Source: Thermoplasmatota archaeon
Lineage (GTDB): Archaea > Thermoplasmatota > JAKEGO01
Direction of reading: 5' to 3'
NCBI GenBank assembly: GCA_028279595.1
Contig: JANQNK010000019.1
Coordinates: 33,965-97,964, forward strand
Length of the DNA: 64,000 bases
Position numbers and translations under genes: made by a program. Below the pieces are notes generated by a model. That model had not been told where the DNA came from. It ran no database searches and saw only the letters and a list, made by a program, of their open reading frames with translations. Below, one piece after another: positions 38,923 through 49,140 of this stretch (positions are counted from its first letter, which is position 1; each line of letters begins with the position of its first letter).

Positions 38923-41124
38923 GTGGCGAAAATGGAGGGCTCACAGACACCGGATGCTTTGAAAGAACTAGGGAACACCCTCTTCAAGAAGAGGAAGTAC
39001 GTCGAGGCCCTGAGGGCATACGACGAGGCCCTGGCCATCGACACGGACTACATGCCGGTCATCTACAACAAGGCCATGACACTGCTCAAGCTCGACCTTG
39101 CGGACGAGGCCATGATAACCGTAAAGAAGGGACTCTCGCTCGAACCCAAGAACGACCGGCTCATCAACCTTCGGAAGAAGGCCGAGAAGGCCATCGGGAA
39201 GAACAAGACCCCCGAATACTACAAGGACAGGGGGAACGAGTTCTTCAAGGTCAAGAGGTACGAGGAGGCGATCTCGGCCTACGACAAGTCCATACAGATA
39301 AAGGCCGACTTCGTCCCCGCCCTGGTGAACAAGGCCAAGGCCCTCGAGAAGCTCGAACGCCTGGACGAGGCCTACGAGCTCATCAAGCATTCTGCGACCC
39401 TGGCACCGACCGATCAACACATCATCAAGGCGAAGAAGGTCATCGAGGCGAACCTCGGGAAGAGGGACCTCAAGACAAGGGAGCCCGAGGACGAGGTGGC
39501 TGTGGGGATGAAGCACCTCGCCGACAACCTGTTCATGAGGGAGCAGCTGCTCCAGGCCATCGCCAAGTACGATGTCGCACTTGGCCGCACCCCGGATTAC
39601 ACGTCCGCGTGGTTCAACAAGGGTCAGACCCTCAGGAAGCTAAAGAACTACATCGAGGCGCAAGAGTGCTTCGAGAAGGCAAGGGAGCTGGCCCCGGACA
39701 ATCCGATCATAGGCCAGGCCCTCGAGTCGGTCTCCACGGAGATCGGTGAGGCGAAGAGCATCGAGGCGAGCATGATGGAGAGCGAGAAGGTCTACGAGGA
39801 CGCTCTCTCGAAGATAGACCAGATGCTCGAGAGGACCAAGGACATCGACAAGGACTACGACAAGATCATGGGGATGGTCCACGAGGCAGAAGGGGTCATC
39901 GAGTCTGGCTCAAAGTACGCTGACATGGACAAGCCCAGGAAGATGGTCAAGGCCGCCCTGAAGATGCTGGCCGACGATAACTACCCGAAGGCCGAGGCCT
40001 TCGCCAAGGGCGCGAAGAAGAAGGCCGCGAAGCTCTCGAAGGAGGGCAAGGAGAAGTACGAGCTCGCTACGAAGGAGATCGAGTACGTCGAGAAGACCGT
40101 CAGGGAGATGCTCGACGCTGGCGTCGGCATCCCGCAGGTGAGGTCCCTTCAGGACCAGGCGGAGGAGGAGGTGTTCAGGAAGAACTTCGACACCGCCCTC
40201 GAGCTTGCGAAGAAGGCACACAAGATGGCGCTGGACGAGGCGGAGAAGGCGCTCGTCATCCTGAAGACGACCGACAAGGAGTACTCGCAGGCCTCCCAGA
40301 GGATGGCGGAGGCCGAGAAGGCGATCGAGGACGCGTCCGGGCTCGGCATAGGCGAGGACGTCAAGGAGATGTACGACCACGCCAAGAAGGCCTTCGACGA
40401 GGGCGACTACATCAGCGCCGAGGTCTACGCGAAGATGGCCATAGAGCGGACCGTCGAGGTCGTGGAGGATGTCAGGTCCGGGTACGAGGGCGTCGAGGCC
40501 GAGATGCGCAAGGTCGAGGACCTCATGGAGGAGGTCGCCGACGCGGGCGTCGACCTATCACAGTCACGGACTGCCCTGGACAGGGCCCAGTCCTTCCTTG
40601 ATTCAGGCGACCTGGATGAGGCGAGCAAGTATGCTCGACTCGCATACACGGCAACCATGAAGATAGTCGAGGAGACCCTCAACGACATAAAGATCGAAGG
40701 CGGTGCATACAAGGACACCATCGCCGTCATCAAGGCCACCGAGAAGACGCTCAAGGCAGCCAACGAGGTCGGGGACGTCTCCGAGCTGGAGGAGGCCCTG
40801 CAGGAGGCCTACGCCCAGCTGGACGACGACAACTACTTCAAGGCGATGAACATCGCCACCGAGATCATGGACGCAGCCGAGGGATACACTGAGGAACGGC
40901 GCGAGCTCAAGGAGGACGCCCAGAGGAGGATGGCTGCCGTCGTCACCGCCCTTGACAGGTTCAAGGGCCAGGGGGTCGACATGTCGGGATCCGAAGCGGT
41001 CCTGGACACAGCCCGCTCGAATATCGACTCCAAGATGTACGAAGAGGCCATCGAGCTCATCGAGGAGGCGAACGATACCGCGAAGCGGGCCGCTGAGAAG
41101 TCCCTCAGGTCGTCGATGAAGTAG
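38923..41124 (+). CDS. TPR-repeat protein with long C-terminal helical repeats
   Basis: Three TPR clusters (GN.LF..KYxEA..YD.A), then repeated A...GDY..A helical hairpins. Confidence 0.8.
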   Translation: MAKMEGSQTPDALKELGNTLFKKRKYVEALRAYDEALAIDTDYMPVIYNKAMTLLKLDLADEAMITVKKGLSLEPKNDRLINLRKKAEKAIGKNKTPEYYKDRGNEFFKVKRYEEAISAYDKSIQIKADFVPALVNKAKALEKLERLDEAYELIKHSATLAPTDQHIIKAKKVIEANLGKRDLKTREPEDEVAVGMKHLADNLFMREQLLQAIAKYDVALGRTPDYTSAWFNKGQTLRKLKNYIEAQECFEKARELAPDNPIIGQALESVSTEIGEAKSIEASMMESEKVYEDALSKIDQMLERTKDIDKDYDKIMGMVHEAEGVIESGSKYADMDKPRKMVKAALKMLADDNYPKAEAFAKGAKKKAAKLSKEGKEKYELATKEIEYVEKTVREMLDAGVGIPQVRSLQDQAEEEVFRKNFDTALELAKKAHKMALDEAEKALVILKTTDKEYSQASQRMAEAEKAIEDASGLGIGEDVKEMYDHAKKAFDEGDYISAEVYAKMAIERTVEVVEDVRSGYEGVEAEMRKVEDLMEEVADAGVDLSQSRTALDRAQSFLDSGDLDEASKYARLAYTATMKIVEETLNDIKIEGGAYKDTIAVIKATEKTLKAANEVGDVSELEEALQEAYAQLDDDNYFKAMNIATEIMDAAEGYTEERRELKEDAQRRMAAVVTALDRFKGQGVDMSGSEAVLDTARSNIDSKMYEEAIELIEEANDTAKRAAEKSLRSSMK

Positions 41125-41181
41125 GATCGGCCCATCCGTCCCTCACAATATTGTTATATCCACGGAACCGTTCGTGTCCCA

Positions 41182-42933
41182 ATGCTGTACGGACAGATCG
41201 TCGATGCCTACGTCGAGGTCCAGGAGACCACCAAGCGCCTCGAGATGACGGCCCGTCTGGCACAGCTGTTCTCGGAGACCCCGACGGACCAGCTTCGGAT
41301 GGTCGTCTACCTGACCCAGGGGAGGGTCCACCCGCCATTCCTCGGCGGCGAGCTAGGACTGGCCGAGAAGCTGGTGGTGAAGGCCATCGCCCTCGGGACG
41401 GGGCATTCGGTCGACGAGGTCCAGGAATTGATGTACGACACCGGAGACCTCGGTACAGCATGCGAATCCTTCCTCGAGAGGAAGGTCCAGATGGCCCTCT
41501 TCACCGAGGAGCTCACCGTCGAGAAGGTCCATGGGAACTTCGTCAAGGTGGTCGAGGCGACAGGGTCCTCGTCCCAGGACCTCAAGATGAAGCTCGTGGC
41601 CGACCTCCTGCACAGCGCCTCGCCAGTCGAGGGACGATACATCGTGCGGACCATCCTCGGCAGGTTGAGACTGGGCGTCGGGGACATGACGATCATCGAT
41701 GCGCTGGGCTCAGCCTACGAGGTAGAGAGGGAGCCGCTGGAGAGGGCGTACAACCTCCATCCGGACCTCGGAGAGATCGCCGTTGCGATAGCCGAACAGG
41801 GCGCGGACGGGCTCGATGGGTTCTCAATAACAGCGGGGATACCGGTACACTGCATGCTCGCCGAACGCCTCCCTTCGATCGGGGACATCCTCGAGAGGAC
41901 CGGAGGCACCGCCGCCCTGGAATACAAGTACGACGGACTCCGGGTGCAGGCACACATATTGCTCGACGGGTCGGTGGAGCTCTTCTCAAGACAGCTGGAG
42001 CGGATCACGGACCAGTATCCGGACGTCGTCGCCGCTCTGAAGGAGGCGGAACCAGCGGCCGGCACGATCGTGGAAGGTGAATGTGTACCCATAGTTCCCG
42101 AGACCGGGGAGATGCTGCCGTTCCAGGTCGTTTCCCGCCGCCGTGGACGCAAGCATGGGCTAGAGAAGGCCATGACCGACATTCCTGTCTCAATAGTGCT
42201 GTTCGACTGTCTCCTCGCGGGGGGGGAGGACGTCACGCTGAAGCCATACCCGGAACGCCGGAAGGTCCTGGAGGGCGTCCTGAAGACTGTCGACGGCGTG
42301 CAGTTCGCCGAGTACCTGATCACGTCAGACCCCGACGAGGGCGAGCGGTTCTTCTCGGAATCGATAGAGAGGGGCAGCGAGGGAATAGTGGCGAAATCCG
42401 TGGCCGAGGATTCGATATACAGGGCGGGCTCCCGGGGATTCCTGTGGATCAAGTACAAGCGCGATTACAGGATGGAACTGACGGACACACTCGACCTGGT
42501 ACCGGTCGGCGCGTACCGGGGACGGGGGAAGCGCTCGGGAGTCTACGGTGCGCTGTTGATGGCGTCCTACGACAGGCAGGGCGACTCCTTCGAGACCGTC
42601 TGCAAGTTGGGCACCGGATTCGACGACGACACCCTGGCCGAGATGGTCGGGATGCTCGATGGGATCAAGCTGGAGGGCAAACACCCCCGGGTCTCTTCAC
42701 GATTGGATGCAGACATCTGGCTTGAGCCCAAGCTCGTCATGGAGGTTGCCGGAGCCGAGATCACCCACAGCCCGGTACACACATGCGCCCTCGACAGGTT
42801 GAAGGAGGGTGCCGGACTGGCCGTGAGGTTCCCGAGGTTCCTGGGAAACTGGCGCGACGACAAGTCCCCGGAGGACGCAACCTCCACGGACGAGGTCGTC
42901 TCGATGTACGAGCGCCAGGTCAAGACGTCTTGA
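41182..42933 (+). CDS. lig: ATP-dependent DNA ligase
   Basis: EYKYDGLRVQAH, EGIVAK, WIKYKRDY, VRFPRF. Confidence 0.96.
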   Translation: MLYGQIVDAYVEVQETTKRLEMTARLAQLFSETPTDQLRMVVYLTQGRVHPPFLGGELGLAEKLVVKAIALGTGHSVDEVQELMYDTGDLGTACESFLERKVQMALFTEELTVEKVHGNFVKVVEATGSSSQDLKMKLVADLLHSASPVEGRYIVRTILGRLRLGVGDMTIIDALGSAYEVEREPLERAYNLHPDLGEIAVAIAEQGADGLDGFSITAGIPVHCMLAERLPSIGDILERTGGTAALEYKYDGLRVQAHILLDGSVELFSRQLERITDQYPDVVAALKEAEPAAGTIVEGECVPIVPETGEMLPFQVVSRRRGRKHGLEKAMTDIPVSIVLFDCLLAGGEDVTLKPYPERRKVLEGVLKTVDGVQFAEYLITSDPDEGERFFSESIERGSEGIVAKSVAEDSIYRAGSRGFLWIKYKRDYRMELTDTLDLVPVGAYRGRGKRSGVYGALLMASYDRQGDSFETVCKLGTGFDDDTLAEMVGMLDGIKLEGKHPRVSSRLDADIWLEPKLVMEVAGAEITHSPVHTCALDRLKEGAGLAVRFPRFLGNWRDDKSPEDATSTDEVVSMYERQVKTS

Positions 42934-43065
42934 CCATGCATTCCTGGATTAACGACCGTTCTTTGGATATTGATTCGGTGAGACGCGTCGAAGGCTCCCG
43001 CCAGGGCGCCTTCGAGCGCGTTCTTCGAGGCTTCGAAAGAAAGAGGACCGATCATTGACAAGTGG

Positions 43066-43803
43066 TCAGTCCGTGACCATATCCTCTATGGCCATCACCA
43101 GATCGATCACCTCGTCCACGGACATCTCATCGACCCGGCATCCGGGAACGGGAAGGAGCGCGTCGACCACGTCCTTCTCGAGACCGAAGGTCTTCGCTAC
43201 CGTGGTCGAGAGGCGTTTCCTACGCTGCGAGAATACCGCTGCCAGGAATCTGTCAAGGAATACCTCGTCGGGGTGCTCCTCGAGCTCTCGAGGCGTAATG
43301 CCGACGAGTGCGGAATCTACCTTGGGGACCGGTTTGAAGGCGTTCCGGGGAACGACCTCCAGGAGTGTGCACTCGGCGCGGACAGCGGCATTTATGGTCA
43401 GTCTGGATATCCCGCGCCCGTACTCCGCGCAGAGCCTCTCGGCGAACTCCCTCTGGTACATGATGACACCGGAATCGAACTCCATTTCCAGCAATCGGAA
43501 CGTTATCTCCGATGAGATGTAGTAGGGTATGTTGGCGACGACCTTGTCGAAATCGGGGAGCTCGACATTGCGTGCGTCGCCGATGATGACATCGACGGAA
43601 GGGAATTCCCTGCCGATCGCACCTGCGAGCTTCTCATCGAGTTCCACCGCGACGACCTTCCGAGCGGTCTCCGCAAGGACACGGGTCAGGACTCCGGTGC
43701 CCGGACCTATCTCGAGAACCGTATCTTCACTGCCGATATCGGCGAACTCGACCTGGCGCAGGGCAATTTCCCCGTCGACGAGGAAATGCTGGCCCAGCCT
43801 CAA
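43066..43803 (-). CDS. rsmA: 16S rRNA m6,2A dimethyltransferase
   Basis: LGQHFL, LEIGPGTG, ANIPYYISS, F.PVPKVDS. Confidence 0.95.
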   Translation of the reverse strand: MRLGQHFLVDGEIALRQVEFADIGSEDTVLEIGPGTGVLTRVLAETARKVVAVELDEKLAGAIGREFPSVDVIIGDARNVELPDFDKVVANIPYYISSEITFRLLEMEFDSGVIMYQREFAERLCAEYGRGISRLTINAAVRAECTLLEVVPRNAFKPVPKVDSALVGITPRELEEHPDEVFLDRFLAAVFSQRRKRLSTTVAKTFGLEKDVVDALLPVPGCRVDEMSVDEVIDLVMAIEDMVTD

Positions 43804-46800
43804 GGTTCATCCCTTCTCCGAACGTTGTAGAGCATCGAGAGGACCATCGCCAGCAACAACGGCGCATAGACCGGGAGGCCGCCCGAGGAGTCGGAATTGG
43901 CCTTCTTGTTGACCACCAGCTCGCCCGTGCCCCTGTTCGGATTTCCCGGGATCTCGTCGCCGCCGTAGGTGAAATTGACTATGAACTCGTACGTATCACC
44001 TTCGGGCGGAGCGAGCACAAACTTGACCCATGCCGTCTCCAGCGGTTGGAGGTCCCCCCTCCAGATGGACTCGGTATCGTGGTATATGTCCGGTCCTCCG
44101 TCGATGGAGTAATACAGATGTACGTTCACGCTCTGGGTCGTGTAGTTGCCGACGTTCTGGATACCGCCGTACACGGTGATGTTGTAGCCTTCGATGAACG
44201 CACTCCTGTCGGTGTTCACCTCTGATACGAGCAGATCTGTCCGCCGGATGAATCCAACGAGGTCGATGTCGTCGTCCCGGGCGTCGTTGAGGGTGCTGTT
44301 GACATCGGTGAACGATTCGATGGTGACCGCTATCGGGTACTCCTTGCCGGTGTCACTCCATCCGGAACTGACGTTCGCGGATGCGTTCGGGATCCTTACC
44401 CACAGGGAAAGGGTCAGGTTCTCACCGGGGTCCAGACTGGCGATGGTCGATCTGAGGTCGTCCGAGGCCTGCTCCCAGGAGATGTTCCAGTCGCCGGGAC
44501 CCGTGGCGTTGACCCAGTAATCGTCGGACGAGGCGCCGATGTTGGTGAACGTGATGTCGTAGTCCCTCCGGTACGTGTGTTCCGCATTGTCCCTGAATAT
44601 CGTCCTGTTCGTGGTGCACTGATCGTCAACGATCGTCAACCTGTAGGTCCATCCGGCAACACAGACGATGTTGCTGGAGTTGTAGAGCTGTGGAATGGTC
44701 ACGTCGGCGTAGCCAACGTACCCGATCCCGCCGACGATCAGGTCGTCCACGATCGAGACGGTGCTGCTGGAGATCCAGTGCCAGTCCAGACCGTTCCATC
44801 TGGCGATCCCGATGATGCCGTCGGTCTGCATCTGTATGAGGCCGATCTCGTACTGGGTGAAATAGATCCTGACCGTCATGTTCGGGTTGGCCGTGGTGTC
44901 GTTCACTCCTACGTCAAGGTAGTGGAATGTGGTGTAGTTCCGGTTCGGATCGGGATCGATCGGGTTCGTGGGATACCTCATCACAGAGCCCCAGATCGGG
45001 GATGTCTGGTCGGTCGTGACCGTTGCGCCCCATGTCGTCTGCAACCCGGCATCGACCACCGTGGTGCCGACGTCGAGAGCACGCACGAACGGGTCGGAAC
45101 TCCCGTTCGGTGAGCGGAATATCGAGGAATCGCGCAGTCTGGTGTTGTTGACGTGGTCCCTCGCACGCCAGAGGATGCTGTGCCATCCGGTGCCGTTCAG
45201 GACAGCGCTCGACAGGTTGTAGAGTCCCTCAGAGCCCTCGAACCAAGTCGTCCAGGCACCGCCGTCAACCGAGACGTCGACCCTGTGCAGGGTCGTGAGG
45301 TCGTCGTCGACGTCGGTCTGAAGATCGACCTCCCATGGAGAGCCGTATGAGATGAGCGGATCGTTGTCGAGTAGGATGTCACCGTCGGCGTAGTTCTGGA
45401 GGATGATGGTCGGCGATGTGTCGTCGAGCTGGTAGGTCTGCGTGAAACTGTCGGTGTTCCCTACGAGGTCGTGGAGGTAGATGCTCAATTCTCCATCGAC
45501 CCCCTGGGTGCTGGATGAGTCGAACATGTAACTGTCGTTCCACTTCGTCGCAGAGACATTGAGGGGCTGTGTGGCAGCCGGTGATCCGGCGAGATTTGCC
45601 TCCTGGGTGAAGACGAGCATGGACAGTCCGATATTGTCCACGGCCGTCCCGTAGAAGTCGGCCGCCTCGGTCCCGGGCATATCGTCACCGAAGTACAGGA
45701 TGTTCATGCTGTCGACGTAGAGGTACGATGAGTTCTCTGACATCCAGGTGTCGAGGTCCGGCGCCTCGTTGTCGAGCATCGTGTTGACTACAGCCGAATT
45801 CCAGTTGCCGACGTTGTCATAGACGAATATCGTGATCGCTCCGGATGACTCGCCCATGTCGATGGTGTAGGGGAGGTCCCACTCGGAGTCGGAATAGTCG
45901 GAGTCGGAAGGCGTGTCGCCGAACGCGTTCGAGCCGACCGCCTGGTCCCGGCCGCTTCCGGCCTCGTCATCCTGTACGAGGAACGTGAAGGTGTCGCTCA
46001 TCACCTGATCGTTGCTGTAGATGAGCGTGCCATTGAAATGGATATGGCTCGAGGCCTCGGTGACGTTGATCGAGACCACATTGGGCGCGGTCGCGTCGAA
46101 CATGATCGAGTAGGTGTCGCTGGCAGGGTTCCCGACGTTGTCCTCGATGGTGACCGTGATGTTGATCTGGCAGGACCCATCGTCGTCGAGGTTCGTGACT
46201 ATCTCGTATCCGTCGACGCCGCAGGCGATCCCGAGCTGGTCGTAGAGGTCGACGCTGGCGTCCCAGTCCAGTGTCCCCGTTCCTATGCCTGCTCCCGCGT
46301 CGGAGTTCGTCCAGGTGACGTTGAGACCCGCCCCCAGACCCGAGGGCTCCCACCACCTGAAGAGGGGACCGAGATGGTCCGGGAGGTCCGCGATCGCGAG
46401 GTTGTTCACGAACGGTGAGTCGTCATCGATCCTGACGGTGAGGTTGTAGTAGGCCGAGTTGTTCTGGGCGTCGTCAACGGTGAACTGGATCGTCCCGTTG
46501 TATACCTCGGCAGAGTCGATCGTGTAGAGCATGTCCCACTGCCGGTCGGAGTAATCGTTGTCCGTGGGCGTATTCCCGAAGGCCGTTGCGCCGGAGCAGT
46601 CCTTTCCCAGGGCGCCCTGCTTGTTGTCCCTGAGAAGGACTGTGAAGTCGTCGCTCATGGCCTGGTCGCTGCTGTAGTGCAGCGTCTTGGACGCGTTATC
46701 GAAGAATATGTTGTCGGAGGACTCGCTGACGCCGGTGACCCAGAGTGCGAAGTCCTCGTAACCTGTGGTGCCTACGGTGGAGGTCCAGTCGTTCGAGCCG

Positions 46801-47192
46801 TCGAGGTCCGTTATGACAGTGAAGTCCTCACCGTAATCGAGCTGTATCTTCGTGTACGGCCCCGAGGGGACCGTGGTATTGTATATCGTGAACCGTGCGG
46901 TGTAGTATCCGTCGTTGGGGGTGTTGTCTCCTGCCCCACCGTTGTCCCGGAGGGTCAATGAGTAGTTTCCTCCGCTCTCGTCTATGACGAAATACGTGAC
47001 CGTTCCCCCGACCGATGTACCGTCCGAGGCGTTGATGTAGACCGTCTCACCGTCGTTGTAGTCGGGCGCGACAGGCCCCTCGCCCGAGAACTTGTGGAAC
47101 TCGATCGTGTCCACGGCGCCCTGCGTCGTCGGGACGACCAAGAACAAAGCTACAACCATGAAAAGCATTGAACCGTACCCTATCCACCGCAT
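43800..47192 (-). CDS. Large secreted surface glycoprotein with internal duplication, Ig-like/CARDB domains and a C-terminal TM anchor
   Basis: Signal peptide; LRDNG..GD...NDGYYT; duplicated YS.DQ.MSD.F..AFG.TP.D.DYSD..WD..YTID; tail LPVY + TM + RRR. Confidence 0.78.
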   Translation of the reverse strand: MRWIGYGSMLFMVVALFLVVPTTQGAVDTIEFHKFSGEGPVAPDYNDGETVYINASDGTSVGGTVTYFVIDESGGNYSLTLRDNGGAGDNTPNDGYYTARFTIYNTTVPSGPYTKIQLDYGEDFTVITDLDGSNDWTSTVGTTGYEDFALWVTGVSESSDNIFFDNASKTLHYSSDQAMSDDFTVLLRDNKQGALGKDCSGATAFGNTPTDNDYSDRQWDMLYTIDSAEVYNGTIQFTVDDAQNNSAYYNLTVRIDDDSPFVNNLAIADLPDHLGPLFRWWEPSGLGAGLNVTWTNSDAGAGIGTGTLDWDASVDLYDQLGIACGVDGYEIVTNLDDDGSCQINITVTIEDNVGNPASDTYSIMFDATAPNVVSINVTEASSHIHFNGTLIYSNDQVMSDTFTFLVQDDEAGSGRDQAVGSNAFGDTPSDSDYSDSEWDLPYTIDMGESSGAITIFVYDNVGNWNSAVVNTMLDNEAPDLDTWMSENSSYLYVDSMNILYFGDDMPGTEAADFYGTAVDNIGLSMLVFTQEANLAGSPAATQPLNVSATKWNDSYMFDSSSTQGVDGELSIYLHDLVGNTDSFTQTYQLDDTSPTIILQNYADGDILLDNDPLISYGSPWEVDLQTDVDDDLTTLHRVDVSVDGGAWTTWFEGSEGLYNLSSAVLNGTGWHSILWRARDHVNNTRLRDSSIFRSPNGSSDPFVRALDVGTTVVDAGLQTTWGATVTTDQTSPIWGSVMRYPTNPIDPDPNRNYTTFHYLDVGVNDTTANPNMTVRIYFTQYEIGLIQMQTDGIIGIARWNGLDWHWISSSTVSIVDDLIVGGIGYVGYADVTIPQLYNSSNIVCVAGWTYRLTIVDDQCTTNRTIFRDNAEHTYRRDYDITFTNIGASSDDYWVNATGPGDWNISWEQASDDLRSTIASLDPGENLTLSLWVRIPNASANVSSGWSDTGKEYPIAVTIESFTDVNSTLNDARDDDIDLVGFIRRTDLLVSEVNTDRSAFIEGYNITVYGGIQNVGNYTTQSVNVHLYYSIDGGPDIYHDTESIWRGDLQPLETAWVKFVLAPPEGDTYEFIVNFTYGGDEIPGNPNRGTGELVVNKKANSDSSGGLPVYAPLLLAMVLSMLYNVRRRDEP

Positions 47193-47408
47193 CTTTCACA
47201 CCCACCGTGCTGTTCCCCCTTGAATTGTCATTACGATATATAAATGCTTAACACGGTTACCACCGGGAACGATTATGGTGTATCAACCCCGAAAACACCG
47301 CCTATCGGGGCGTTTTTACCGGTCCATCGATCGCGATCCATTCCACGCCAGTACTTCGAAATGTGATATCTTTATAAGGATATGGGATGATTCGGATTCG
47401 GTGACGGT

Positions 47409-47984
47409 ATGGAAGGACCTCCGAAGGATGACGTAAAGGATGCTCCAAAGGAACCGCCGAGGGAACCTCCAAGGGACGAGGCCAAGGACCCGCCGCGGGA
47501 TGACAGACCTCCACGAGAGGAGGAGTACAAGGATACCGATAGATACAGGCACGACAGGGACAGCGAGTCCTGGGGCCGCGATGACGGTTACAGAAGGGAC
47601 AAGTACGACCGACCTCCCCAGAGAAGAGCGGAACCGATGGACCTGGGGGAGATCTTCACTTTCGACATGATCTCGAAGATGGTCGTCGCCGGTATCGTTC
47701 TGTTCTTCATCGGAGCTATAATCGCCTCAGCCTCTGTCAACACGGATTTCGGAGCCAGCACGAGCAAGCGCGAGGATGCCATGAACATGTTCAAGGCGGG
47801 GATAATCATCATGGAGATAGGGATGCTCTCTGCCGCGACCGCGCTCCTTGCTGGAGGGCTCCTCAACAAGGAGTTCGACCAGGGAATCCGGGAGAAGATG
47901 ATCTGGGTATCGGCTATCTTGATGATCGGGACCATACTGCTGGTCCTGTTCGGCCCGATGTCGATAATCGGTGTCTTCTTCTAG
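47409..47984 (+). CDS. Membrane protein, charged Pro/Arg/Asp-rich N-terminus plus 3 TM
   Basis: Low-complexity N-terminus, three hydrophobic segments. Confidence 0.7.
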   Translation: MEGPPKDDVKDAPKEPPREPPRDEAKDPPRDDRPPREEEYKDTDRYRHDRDSESWGRDDGYRRDKYDRPPQRRAEPMDLGEIFTFDMISKMVVAGIVLFFIGAIIASASVNTDFGASTSKREDAMNMFKAGIIIMEIGMLSAATALLAGGLLNKEFDQGIREKMIWVSAILMIGTILLVLFGPMSIIGVFF

Positions 47985-48084
47985 TGCTGGATGGATGAAG
48001 AGTGAGAAGCCTATTGGTCAGCGGAAGCTCTGAATGGTATACCGATCGCTGAATAATATCGGTTGATATCCCTCGAATCGAACA

Positions 48085-49095
48085 CTAGTACCTTCCAACG
48101 GTAGCATCCACGGTGTATTCGTAGATGATCCCGCCAGCGATCCTTACATGGAGGTCGACGTTCCCGTCCAATTCGACGACGACGGACCAGTTTCCGCTCT
48201 CGCTCGCTATCGTTCCCAGGACGGTCTTGTCGGTGTCCGGATCGATGTCCTCAGAGGCCTGGGTCGACGATGTCCGGTCCCTCAGCAGGAGGAACCCGTC
48301 ACCATTGGACCCGCTCTCGATGTCGAAGTGGTAGACAAGCACATCCCAAGAGCCATACCGCGGATGGCCGTCCTCGTCCACGAGGAAACTGTCGTCGACA
48401 TCGACGACGGGCGAACCCGATGTTGAATGATAATCGGAATCGAAGAGGTCCCGGGCGCGATAGAAGTAGGTGTCTCCGGTGAATCCTGTCCCGAAGGATG
48501 ATAGCGTCATCGTGACCAGTGGAGCGTTCAAGGGGTCGGAGAGTTCCAGCCATCGGATCCATTTCGCCTTCGAATCGTAGTAGTAATCAAGATGGTAGCC
48601 GTCGGGGTTCTCTGCTTGGATCTTGAATACCACCGACTTAGAGCCGAACTTCGAATCCTCGAAACGGTCGGTGACGCGGGCCTCCCAGCCATCATGGCCC
48701 ATGAAATCGAACTGCCATTCCTTCCCCTTCTTCAGGGGGAACTGGAAGACGAACTGCTCCTCCCCGTTCTCGTAGACCGCCATGCCGTCCTTGGTCACGC
48801 GGCCGAGCATTGGATCGAGGTTCAGGACGGCATGGAGCTGTGCGTCATCCTCGTTGGCCGCTCCCAGCAGGTAATTGTTGTCGGAGTCCTCGCCGGAGAC
48901 GACTATACGCGTGATCACCTCGTCGAAGTCAGGTCCGTTGAACGTGTAGAGCCAGTATCTGCCGACCTCCCAGGTCGGTCTACCAACGCTATCGTCGTCA
49001 TCGTCGCTCGAACCGCCGAAGTCGCTGCAGCCTGCAAGAACCATCGCGAGGACGAGAACGAGCACGGTCGACTTGAACAAGGCAGCCATCGTCAC
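48085..49095 (-). CDS. Putative lipoprotein
   Basis: Lipobox LAGC; PTWEVG.YW.Y, FQFPLKKGKEW. Confidence 0.72.
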   Translation of the reverse strand: MTMAALFKSTVLVLVLAMVLAGCSDFGGSSDDDDDSVGRPTWEVGRYWLYTFNGPDFDEVITRIVVSGEDSDNNYLLGAANEDDAQLHAVLNLDPMLGRVTKDGMAVYENGEEQFVFQFPLKKGKEWQFDFMGHDGWEARVTDRFEDSKFGSKSVVFKIQAENPDGYHLDYYYDSKAKWIRWLELSDPLNAPLVTMTLSSFGTGFTGDTYFYRARDLFDSDYHSTSGSPVVDVDDSFLVDEDGHPRYGSWDVLVYHFDIESGSNGDGFLLLRDRTSSTQASEDIDPDTDKTVLGTIASESGNWSVVVELDGNVDLHVRIAGGIIYEYTVDATVGRY

Positions 49096-49140
49096 TGCTA
49101 TGGCGCAGTGAGATAATACTTTTTCGCTCCCCTTCCACGA

